Shown here: one piece after another, positions 20,198 to 29,362 of the stretch
Numbering within the stretch: the first letter of the stretch is position 1
Layout of the letters: each line of letters opens with the position of its first letter
NCBI GenBank assembly: GCA_965237525.1
Contig: CBDEFO010000007.1
Location: 448,001-512,000 of the forward strand
Length of the DNA stretch: 64,000 nt
DNA from: Candidatus Latescibacterota bacterium
GTDB lineage: Bacteria; Latescibacterota; CBDEFO01
Direction: 5' to 3'
Program-made: the position numbers and the translations under genes
Notes under the pieces: model-generated
What the model was told of the DNA's origin: nothing
Database searches by the model: none
Seen by the model: the letters and a program-made list of their open reading frames with translations, nothing else

Positions 20198-22801
20198 ATG
20201 AGAAAACGCAGCATAGTTGCCTATACATTGCTGGCCGTTGGATTAACGGCTCTCAATGCCTGTGGGCCCATGGAGTGGATGAAACTGGATCGAGACAAGG
20301 GTTACGTTGTCTTTAAGTACAGCACGCTTAAGAACCTGCCGCCTTCGCACGTGCCCACGCCGGGCGACGTTGCCGAGAAGGTTTCATGCTCGTTAGCCGG
20401 GGATGAGTACGAGCCGGTTCAGATTGGTGTTCACGCGCTGGCAGGTGGCTTGACCAACATCCGGGTCACGGTGATATCTGACCTCAAGGTGACGGTCTAT
20501 CACCGCATCGATCCAGGCATCAAGCAACAAGTGGCCTCAGAACCCGGCGCGACGGTGCTAATGCGGGTGCCAAGCGAAGTGTATTTGCAGCGAGGAGAGG
20601 TTGTTGGCGAACTTGCTAAAGGCGAATCCATCAATTTTTGGCTGCTGTTCCGTGCTGATGCTGAAACTTCTCCCGGCGTGCATCAGGGTAAGATCCGCAT
20701 TAAGCCGGACGGGCGGGCAGCGACGGAGTTGGACCTGGCGGTGCGCGTCAGGCCTTTTCAACTGGCGGCACCGCGAGCAGTATTTGGCATGTGGTTTCGG
20801 GAGGATATGTTACCTGAGCGATTTGGATCCTGGGAGATAGAGGATCAGGATGCTCTGGCGATTTACCGGGATATGGCGGCGCACGGCCAGAACTCGGTCA
20901 CATTATATCATGCGGGACACTACGCCCAGTTGCCGCCACGAGGCAGCCGGATGATGGACAAGTCCCTTGCACTGGCCGTCGAGGCGGGGCTTATTCGCCC
21001 GGAAATTCCTGTTGTAGCCGTGCAAGCCGGAATCACCGGCCCGGCGTTTTCCCAAGCGCAGACGGAAGCGGCGGTGGCGTGGCTGGAGACGGAGCGGCGC
21101 AAGCGCGGCTGGCCGGAAATCATAATATTCGGCCGGGATGAAGGGCTTTATCCAGCGCCTGGGCTGAGAGAAACCTACGCTCCTCTGCGCCCGTTGCCCA
21201 TTCGCCTTATGACGGACACGGGTCACATCTCGACGCCGTACGCGTATGGTGATTTTCACGACGTGTTGAGCTTAGCCGATGGTATAGGCCCACCCGAGGT
21301 GCAGGCCGAGGCCAGCCGGATGGGCGCAGAAGTCTGGACCTATTCCTATCGCGTATGGAGGGAGAACTACAGCCCGCTTTGTGAGCGATACTATGCGGGG
21401 CTGTACCCGTGGGCACACAGGATCGGCGGCAATATGGTCTGGGTATACTCGGGCACCGGGGTTCACAGTCACGTCTGGTGGAAACCAGACAGCAACGAGC
21501 CGATGCCCATTACGGGTTGGGAGGGCCGCCGCGAAGGCGTTGACGACTACCGCTACCTTCAGATGGTCGAGGATCTTGTGCAGGCGAAGACGCCCGCCCC
21601 GTTAGCCATCGAGGCGGGGGTATGGCTGGAGGCGCTGAGGGCACGCCTCGCGCGCACGGCCATCAAAACGTACGATGTGGAGGCCGGCAAGCCCCTGGAT
21701 ATCGAGGAATATGACGCGATTCGAGCCACGGCGGCCGATTACATTGAGAAGCTCGGCCCGGTGGCGGACCGAGAAGAGCCACCCGTAGTCAGGGGTCTGA
21801 AAGACGAGGCTGCCGCCTTCCGCGGCAAATCGGTGGAACAGTGTGTCGCGGGACTGGGTGGTTCTGATGTCTGGCAGCGCCGGGCGGCGGCGTGGGCCTT
21901 GGTTGAACTGGGTCCCCAGGCCGCTCAAGCCACACCGGCGCTTGTCCGATTGCTCGATGATCCGGAAGTTCGCTTCCCCGCCTTGCGCGCACTTGAGGCG
22001 ATCGGCCCCGAGGCGTATCCGGCGTCGTCGAAACTAACCTCGCTTCTGTCACATCCCGATGCTTTCGTGCGCCTGGGCGCGACTTTTGCCTTGGCCGGCA
22101 TCGCTGGCCCACGGAGCTGGGATGTCGCTGTGAGCGGATATGCACCCGAGGATGTGTCGCCGTATGCTCATATGGTCGTGGCGCCGTTGCGGCAAGCGCT
22201 GCGTGATTCGTATTTGGACATCGCGCGGGTTGCTGCGTACGGGCTATCCCGTTGCGGCGAGGTCGCTGCACCGGCACTTCCCGACGCCATGAGGCTGGTC
22301 GCGGGCAAACCCACCGACGCGTCCACCGCCGCGATGCGGGTACTGGCCGGGATGGGACCGGCAGCCGCGGCTGCCGTCCCCCTTCTGATCAAATCTTACG
22401 CGGCCGCCGAAGGAAAAGATCGCGCCATCACCTGGACGCTGGCAGCCATCGGCCCGGCTGCGTCCGACGCCGTTACGGTCCTGGAGCAGTACCGCACGCC
22501 GGAAAACCCGCACCTGGCTGACACCTGCTACGCCCTGTTCTGCATTCGCGGCGAGGAATCAGACCTTAAAACAATGGCCGGGCAGCTGGGTGACAAGAGC
22601 CGGCCGGGGGGTTCCTCAGAATGGCAGGACGTCATCAGATTCCTCAATGCCCTCGGCGCCCGAGCTGCACCCGTCGTCCCCCTGGTGCTAGAGCGATTAC
22701 GGCTCCTGGACTCTGAACCTGATCTGAAGCGCCAACTCGAGTCGATACTTCTCCAAAGAGTCAAAAAAGGTGAAAGTCCCCTCAGATTGCTGCCGCGCTG
22801 A
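20198..22801 (+). CDS. G3: GH123/DUF4091-like plus HEAT protein with a lipoprotein-like signal (LNAC)
   Basis: MRKRSIVAYTLLAVGLTALNAC; FGRDEGLYP; WEGRREGVDDYRYLQM; HEAT repeats. Confidence 0.7.
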   Translation: MRKRSIVAYTLLAVGLTALNACGPMEWMKLDRDKGYVVFKYSTLKNLPPSHVPTPGDVAEKVSCSLAGDEYEPVQIGVHALAGGLTNIRVTVISDLKVTVYHRIDPGIKQQVASEPGATVLMRVPSEVYLQRGEVVGELAKGESINFWLLFRADAETSPGVHQGKIRIKPDGRAATELDLAVRVRPFQLAAPRAVFGMWFREDMLPERFGSWEIEDQDALAIYRDMAAHGQNSVTLYHAGHYAQLPPRGSRMMDKSLALAVEAGLIRPEIPVVAVQAGITGPAFSQAQTEAAVAWLETERRKRGWPEIIIFGRDEGLYPAPGLRETYAPLRPLPIRLMTDTGHISTPYAYGDFHDVLSLADGIGPPEVQAEASRMGAEVWTYSYRVWRENYSPLCERYYAGLYPWAHRIGGNMVWVYSGTGVHSHVWWKPDSNEPMPITGWEGRREGVDDYRYLQMVEDLVQAKTPAPLAIEAGVWLEALRARLARTAIKTYDVEAGKPLDIEEYDAIRATAADYIEKLGPVADREEPPVVRGLKDEAAAFRGKSVEQCVAGLGGSDVWQRRAAAWALVELGPQAAQATPALVRLLDDPEVRFPALRALEAIGPEAYPASSKLTSLLSHPDAFVRLGATFALAGIAGPRSWDVAVSGYAPEDVSPYAHMVVAPLRQALRDSYLDIARVAAYGLSRCGEVAAPALPDAMRLVAGKPTDASTAAMRVLAGMGPAAAAAVPLLIKSYAAAEGKDRAITWTLAAIGPAASDAVTVLEQYRTPENPHLADTCYALFCIRGEESDLKTMAGQLGDKSRPGGSSEWQDVIRFLNALGARAAPVVPLVLERLRLLDSEPDLKRQLESILLQRVKKGESPLRLLPR

Positions 22802-22899
22802 AGAAGGGCTCGTCGCCGCGGTTGCTCATCTGGAATCAGAGGGAGATAATACTTATATACAGGCGGGACTGCTTGTTCAATTATTTCCGCGTTGAAAAC

Positions 22900-22928
22900 T
22901 TGACCGGGCTTTCCGATAATGCTAAAAT
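22900..22928 (+). promoter_or_regulatory. Sigma70-type promoter upstream of G4
   Basis: TTGACC-17 nt-TAAAAT with extended -10 TG. Confidence 0.55.
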
Positions 22929-23146
22929 TCAGAATACTGGAACAAGACAAAGTCTCAGAAAAACATGTCCGACCCTGGCTGAAAAAACTAGCTTCGTGTC
23001 ATTTCACCGGCCGCAAAAGAGTTACCTAATTATTGAGCCTTAACAAAAGCGACCTTTTTTTATTGACTCAAACCGACGGCAAGGGCAAAACAGTCCTTCA
23101 TGCGAGGACAATCCGGAGTAACGCCGAGCGAAAGGAGAGAGGCAAG

Positions 23147-25756
23147 ATGAGAATGTATAGTCTTATGGCAACAGTATTGTTGATGGGACGCAGTCTGGGA
23201 GCAGGGACGGGATACGCCGAGAACGGTGAAGGCGGGCCGGGGACAAACTGGACGGCAGCCGAAAAGCTGAAGGGGTACGTGGTCTTTGAGTACAGTACGC
23301 TGGAGAATCTTCCGCCCGCTCACGTACCGACTAGGGAGGCGATCGTGGACACGGTCTCATGCGCTTTAGCCAGGGATGAGTACGAGTCTATTCAGTTCGG
23401 CGTGCACGCGCTGGCCGATAGCTTGACGAACATCCGGGTCACGGTAGTATCTGACCTCGAGGTGACGGTCTATCACCGCATCGATCCAGGCATCAAGCAA
23501 CAACTGGCGTCAGAACCAGCCGAATTGGATGAGATTGCGCGGTGGGTGCCGAGCCAGATACATCTGCAGCGAGGGGACGTGTATGAAAAACTTCCGGCAG
23601 GCCAGAGCGTCAACTTCTGGCTGACATTCCGGGCGGATGGTGAGACGCCAGAGGGTCTGCACCTGGGGAATATCCGAATAGAGGCTGCGGGCAGGCGGGG
23701 GACTGTGCTGGGTCTCGAGGTGAAGGTGCGGCCGTTCCAGCTTCAGCGCCCCAGAGTGCCTTTTGGCGTGTACTTTCGAGAAGACATGCTGCCGAAACGT
23801 TTTGGGGGCCTGGCGACACCGAAGGAATCGGTACTGGCGATGTACCGGGACATGGCGGAGCACGGCCACAATTCCAGTTGGTTCTACCCGTTGGGAAGCT
23901 TTAGCGACTTGCCGCCCAGGAACAACTATGCGCTTGACAAGCTGATCCCGCTGGCCCAGAAGGCCGGCCTCCTTGACCCGGAAGTGCCCAGCTTGATCGC
24001 AGGCGGAATTCCCGGGGGCCTCAATGATGAGGAACTGAAGGCGGCGGCTGCCTGGTTGGAAGCAGAGCGCACGCAACGGGGATGGCCTGAGTTGATTGTA
24101 TTTGGCACGGACGAGCCGAGTTACCCGCGGGACTATGATGCTGTCAGCAGAGAGTTGAGGAATCTGCGCGGTTTTCCCATGCGGGTGGTCGTGGATCTGT
24201 CTGGAACGTCGGCATACGGGTATGGCGGCGATCTTTGCGACATCCAGAACGTGATGGATGGAATGATCTCGCCTGAGATGCTGGACGAGGCGAGACGTGT
24301 GGGAACAGAGATCTGGACGTATTCGTACCGCATATGGCGCGAGCATTTCTATCCTTTCAGCCAGCGCTACTTTGCGGGGCTCTACACCTGGACATACCAG
24401 CTCGGGGGCAATTGGGTCTGGGCGTATCACCACGGGCATCACCGGCATGTCTGGTTTACGCCTGAGAGTCACGAGCCGATGCCCGTAACTGCCTGGGAGG
24501 CCCGGCGGGAAGGGATTGATGACTACCGATACCTGCAGATGGTCGAGGACTGCGTTGCGGCCAATCCAGACGAGACACTGGCGATTGAAGCGTCAGCGTG
24601 GTTGCAGGCCCTGAGGGTCCGTCTTTCGGCCACCGTTCCCAACGAAGTGGAGGTCGGCAAGCCTCTGGAGCTTGATGAATACGACCAGATTCGAGCCAGG
24701 GCGGCCGACTATATCCAGAGGCTGGGTCCTGTTTCGAACGAGGCTGTAGCTCGTCCGCCGATATCGCACGCCAAGGATGAGGCAGCATCTTACCGGGGTA
24801 AGTCGGTGAGACAGTGTATCGCCGGCCTGGCCAGTTCGGATGTGTCAGAACGTCGCGCTGCTGCCTGGGCCCTCTTTGAGCTAGGACCGAAAGCGGCGCA
24901 GGCCGCAGAGCCGCTGGCCCGGTTGCTTGATGATCCCGAGGTGCGAATACCCGCCCTGCACGCACTTGAGCACATCGGTCCGGAGGCATTTCGGGTAGTG
25001 CCCGAGATAGTACGGCTACTGAATCATCCCGATTTCTACGTTCGTGTGGGTGCCGTCTTGGCTCTGGGTGAGATCGGGTGCCCGTTGGATAAACGCGACC
25101 GCAGCGGGCGCAGATCGCCTTCGGAATGGGCCGCGATCGTCGCCGAACCGTTGATGGTCGCCTACCGGGATGATAATGCATCGCTGTCATACCTGGCGGC
25201 GGGAATGCTCTCCGTCATAGGTGGGTTTGCCAGGCCCGCTCTGCCGGAGGCGATCACAATGCTCGATGACCCTTCTCACACGCGTCAAAGCGCAGCAATC
25301 GGCCTCATCACTGGACTGGGTCCGGATGCCGCCGCAACAGTGCCAAAGCTCATCGAAATGCACAAGAACAAATCTGAGGACATCAGGTACATTAACGCGC
25401 TGGCTGCTATCGGCCCGGCTGCCAAATCGGCCATTCCGGCTCTGGAAGAATATGCTGCAAAAGAGGACTCCGGTCCTAATCGGGCAGACTCATACTATGC
25501 GCTCTTCTGCATCCGGAATGAGATTTCCGACCTGCGGAAAATGGTCGAGTTGCTAAAGGACGCGAATGAGAACACCGATACGAAGAAACACGTTGTAAAA
25601 CTCCTCAACCAACTGGGAGCGAAGGCCGCACCTGTTGGGGATGAGGTCAATCAGATGCTCAAGTCGGGAGAGTTTTCCGACTGGGAAGAGGACCTGCAGT
25701 CTCTCCTTGAGAAAGTTGAGACGGGAGAGGTGCCGGGTGTTTCTTTCAGGTGGTAG
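23147..25756 (+). CDS. G4: secreted GH123/DUF4091-like plus HEAT protein
   Basis: AAGGAG RBS; distinct signal MRMYSLMATVLLMGRSLGAGTGYA; body nearly identical to G2. Confidence 0.7.
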   Translation: MRMYSLMATVLLMGRSLGAGTGYAENGEGGPGTNWTAAEKLKGYVVFEYSTLENLPPAHVPTREAIVDTVSCALARDEYESIQFGVHALADSLTNIRVTVVSDLEVTVYHRIDPGIKQQLASEPAELDEIARWVPSQIHLQRGDVYEKLPAGQSVNFWLTFRADGETPEGLHLGNIRIEAAGRRGTVLGLEVKVRPFQLQRPRVPFGVYFREDMLPKRFGGLATPKESVLAMYRDMAEHGHNSSWFYPLGSFSDLPPRNNYALDKLIPLAQKAGLLDPEVPSLIAGGIPGGLNDEELKAAAAWLEAERTQRGWPELIVFGTDEPSYPRDYDAVSRELRNLRGFPMRVVVDLSGTSAYGYGGDLCDIQNVMDGMISPEMLDEARRVGTEIWTYSYRIWREHFYPFSQRYFAGLYTWTYQLGGNWVWAYHHGHHRHVWFTPESHEPMPVTAWEARREGIDDYRYLQMVEDCVAANPDETLAIEASAWLQALRVRLSATVPNEVEVGKPLELDEYDQIRARAADYIQRLGPVSNEAVARPPISHAKDEAASYRGKSVRQCIAGLASSDVSERRAAAWALFELGPKAAQAAEPLARLLDDPEVRIPALHALEHIGPEAFRVVPEIVRLLNHPDFYVRVGAVLALGEIGCPLDKRDRSGRRSPSEWAAIVAEPLMVAYRDDNASLSYLAAGMLSVIGGFARPALPEAITMLDDPSHTRQSAAIGLITGLGPDAAATVPKLIEMHKNKSEDIRYINALAAIGPAAKSAIPALEEYAAKEDSGPNRADSYYALFCIRNEISDLRKMVELLKDANENTDTKKHVVKLLNQLGAKAAPVGDEVNQMLKSGEFSDWEEDLQSLLEKVETGEVPGVSFRW

Positions 25757-26195
25757 CCCTGATATCACTTTAGAATCGCTGGCCGAATCGGACGGGACGG
25801 TCTATTTGACCGAATTGCCGTCAACTGCCCCGTCAAGATAGGCAATGGCTTGCAGAAAAAACACCTATCAGCTCCTGTGCAGTTGGTCAGTTGTGTCCAT
25901 GTCATTGGAGAACGAATAAAAGGATCAGGGCCAATAGCGTTCGGCGTGCCCATTGCTGCCCGGCGTTCATGCTTGAATTTTGATTGTGCCGGAATGGCTT
26001 GGGGGCGTGGGCGATCCTGGCGCCGTTTGTCGCTTTGGCGGAGGCCGGCGAGGTCAAAGTGACCGTACCACGACAACCGAATCTGGAGGTAATTAATCTC
26101 TTCACCAACAAGGTAGTGGCCCGCTTGGAGGCCAGACGACGGGCCTTCGACGTCTGGATTAACGGCTCTCAATGTCAACGGAGGGGGAAGCTAAC
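25757..26195 (+). repeat. Array spacer module with an internal deletion removing the leader and signal-peptide start
   Basis: TTCGACGTC is joined directly to TGGATTAACGGCTCTCAATG at about 26155. Confidence 0.85.
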
Positions 26196-28739
26196 ATGAA
26201 GGATAATTCAGGTGCGCCCATGGAGTGGATGAAACTGGATCGAGACAAGGGTTACGTTGTCTTTAATTACAGCACGCTGAAGAACCTGCCGCCTTCGCAC
26301 GTGCCCACGCCGGGCGACGTTGCCAAGCAGGTTTCATGCTCGTTAGCCGGTGATGAGTACGAGCCGGTTCAGATTGGTGTTCACGCGCTGGCCGATGGCT
26401 TGACCAACATCCGGGTCAAGGTGGCATCGGATCTCGAGGTGACGGTCTATCGCCGCATTGATCCAGGCCTCAGGAAACAGCTGGCTGCAGAACCCGAGTC
26501 GGTGGTGCAGGAGTTGGTGCCAAGCGAGGTGTATCTGCAGCAAGGCGAGGTTGTCGGAGAACTTGCTAAAGGCCAATCCATCAATTTTTGGCTGCTGTTC
26601 CGTGCTGATCCTGACACACCTCCCGGGGTGCATCAGGGTAAGATCCGCATTGAGCCGGACGATCGGGCAGCGACCGAGCTGGACCTGCGGGTGCGTGTCA
26701 GGCCGTTTCAACTGGCAGAGCCGCGAGCCGTATTTGCCGTGTACTTTCGTGAGGACATGCTGCCCAAGCGCTTTGGGACCTGGGACGTGGAGGATCAGAT
26801 GGCGCTGGCGATTTACCGTGATATGGCTGCGCACGGGCAGAACTCGGTTACATTCTATGGTGGGGGAGACTACCGGACCCAGTTGCCGCCGCTAAACAGC
26901 CGGATGGTGGAGAAGTCCCTCGCACTAGCCCAAGAGGCGGGGCTCACTCGCCCGCGAATTCCCGTTGTAACCGTGGCCAGCATGGTCGGTGATGACATTT
27001 CCCGAACGCAGCAGAAAGCGGCGGTGGCCTGGCTAAGGAAGGAGGGGCGCCGGCTCGGCTGGCCGGAGATTGTCTTATTCGGCCGGGATGAAGGGATGTA
27101 TCCAGCGCTCGGGATGAGGGAAACCTATGCTCCCCTGCGCCCGTTGCCAATTCGCCTGTCGACGGACATGAGTCACATCTCGCCGGCGTACGCCTATGGA
27201 GATTTTCACGACGTGTGGACCATGCACGACGGCTTGCTCACACCAGAGTTGCAGGCCGAGGCAAGACGGATGGGTGCAGAGGTCTGGAGCTACTCCTATC
27301 GCATATGGAGGGAGAGCTTCAGCCCGGTTACTCAGCGCTACTACGTCGGACTGCACACCTGGGCGCACCGGATCGAAGGCAATTGGCTGTGGGGATACAC
27401 TCATGTGCGTCACAGTCAGGTCTGGTGGAAACCGGATAGCCACGAGCCGATGCCCCAAACGGGTTGGGAAGGCCGCCGCGAAGGTGTTGACGACTATCGC
27501 TACCTGCAGATGGTCGAGGACCTGGTCGAGGCGAAGACACCCGACCCGACAGCCATCGAGGCGGGGGCATGGCTGGAGGCGCTGAGGGCACGCTTCACGC
27601 TCACGACCATCGATCCGCACGAGGTGGTGGCAGGCAAGCCCCTGGACGTCCAGGAATATGACGCGATTCGAGCCACGGCGGCCGATTACATTGAAAAGCT
27701 CGGCCCGATAGTGGACCGTAAAGAGCGGCGGACCGGTAGGCGTCTGAAGGACGAGGCTGCGGCCTACCGCGGCAAGTCGGTGAAACAGTGTGTCGCGGGG
27801 CTTAATGGTTCTGATGTTTCTAAACGCCGGGCGGCGGCGTGGGCGTTGTATGAACTGGGCCCCCAGGCCGCTCAAGCGACACCGACACTTATCCCGTTGC
27901 TCGATGATCCGGAAGTGCGCTTTCCCGCCCTGCACGCACTCGAGGCGATCGGCCCCGATGCGTATCCGGCGGCGCCGAACATAGCCTCGCTTCTGTCACA
28001 TCCTGATGCTTTCGTGCGCCTGGGCGCGACTTTCGCCTTGGCCGGCATCGCCCGCCCACGAAACTGGGATGAAGATGTGAACGGATACGCACCCGAGGAT
28101 GTGTCGCCTTATGCTCAGACGGTTGTACCGCCGTTGCGGCAAGCGCTACGTGATGTGCATCAGGATGTCGTGTGGATTGCTGCGTACGGGCTGTCCCGTT
28201 GCGGAGAGGCCGGCGCGCCGACACTGCGCGACGCAATGAAGATGGCCCAGGAAACAAGCGACAACCGCGCGGCCGGGCTGCGGGTGCTGTGTGGGATGGG
28301 TCCGGCAGCCGCGGCAGCCGTCCCCCTTCTAGTCGAATCTTACACGGCCGCCAAAGGTGAAGATCGCCCCGTCACCTGGACGCTGGCAGCCATTGGCCCG
28401 GCTGCCAAATCGGCCATTCCGGCTCTGGAAAAATATGCTGCAAAGGAGGAATCCGGTCCTAACCGGGCAGACTCATACTATGCGCTTTTCTGCATCCGGA
28501 ATGAGGTTTCCGACCTCCGGAAAATGGTCGAGTTGCTAAAGGACGCGGATGAGGATCCCGAGATGAAGAAGCGGGTTGTAAAGCTCCTCAATGAACTGGG
28601 AGCGAAGGCCGCACCTGTTGCGGATGAGGTCCGCCAGATGGTCGAGTCGGGGAAGTTTTCCGATTGGGAAGAGGACCTGGAGTCTTTCCTGGAGAAAGTG
28701 AAAAGGGGAGAGGTGTCGGGTGTTTCTTTCAGGTGGTAG
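26196..28739 (+). CDS. G5: chimeric GH123/DUF4091-like plus HEAT protein without a signal peptide
   Basis: GGAGGGGG RBS; G6-like catalytic part (FGRDEGMYP) with a G2-type C-terminus (..GVSFRW). Confidence 0.7.
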   Translation: MKDNSGAPMEWMKLDRDKGYVVFNYSTLKNLPPSHVPTPGDVAKQVSCSLAGDEYEPVQIGVHALADGLTNIRVKVASDLEVTVYRRIDPGLRKQLAAEPESVVQELVPSEVYLQQGEVVGELAKGQSINFWLLFRADPDTPPGVHQGKIRIEPDDRAATELDLRVRVRPFQLAEPRAVFAVYFREDMLPKRFGTWDVEDQMALAIYRDMAAHGQNSVTFYGGGDYRTQLPPLNSRMVEKSLALAQEAGLTRPRIPVVTVASMVGDDISRTQQKAAVAWLRKEGRRLGWPEIVLFGRDEGMYPALGMRETYAPLRPLPIRLSTDMSHISPAYAYGDFHDVWTMHDGLLTPELQAEARRMGAEVWSYSYRIWRESFSPVTQRYYVGLHTWAHRIEGNWLWGYTHVRHSQVWWKPDSHEPMPQTGWEGRREGVDDYRYLQMVEDLVEAKTPDPTAIEAGAWLEALRARFTLTTIDPHEVVAGKPLDVQEYDAIRATAADYIEKLGPIVDRKERRTGRRLKDEAAAYRGKSVKQCVAGLNGSDVSKRRAAAWALYELGPQAAQATPTLIPLLDDPEVRFPALHALEAIGPDAYPAAPNIASLLSHPDAFVRLGATFALAGIARPRNWDEDVNGYAPEDVSPYAQTVVPPLRQALRDVHQDVVWIAAYGLSRCGEAGAPTLRDAMKMAQETSDNRAAGLRVLCGMGPAAAAAVPLLVESYTAAKGEDRPVTWTLAAIGPAAKSAIPALEKYAAKEESGPNRADSYYALFCIRNEVSDLRKMVELLKDADEDPEMKKRVVKLLNELGAKAAPVADEVRQMVESGKFSDWEEDLESFLEKVKRGEVSGVSFRW

Positions 28740-29362
28740 TCCTGATGTCACTTCGGAATTGCTGGCCGAATCAGACGGGACGGTCTATTTGACCGTATTG
28801 CCGTCGACTGCCCCGTCAAGATAGGCAATGCCTTGCATAAAGAACGCTATCAGCTCCTGTGCGGTTAGTCAGTTGTGTCCATGTCATTGGAGACGAATAA
28901 AGGGATCAGGGCCAATAGCATTCGGCGTGCTCATTGCTGCCCGGCGTTCAGGGTCGAATTTTATTGTGCCGGCATAGATGCTGGTTATGGGCTTGGTGGC
29001 GTGGGCGATCCTGGCGCTGTTTGTCGCCTTGGCGGAGGCCGGCGAGGTCAAAGTGACCGTACCAAGACAACCGAATCTGAAGGTAATTGATCTCTTCACC
29101 AACAAGGTAGTGGCTCGCCTCGACGCCGGACCTTCGACGTCAAGCTTAGACGGAACTTCCAGGGGAGGCTCTACCACCTGCGGCTGGCAGGTAACTGATA
29201 GCTCTTGTTTTGAAGGTGAACTCATGTCCCGGCCTAGCAAACCGGATCATCAGGTGGATATTGGAATAAAGGGGAAATAAACGGCCCATATCTGGGAAAG
29301 CGAGTTGTCCGGTCGCAGCGTGCGGACAACTCGGATCTTAACTCGCTGGAAGGAGATGGAAC
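28740..29362 (+). repeat. Array spacer module, near-identical to 19572-20197
   Basis: Direct sequence comparison. Confidence 0.9.
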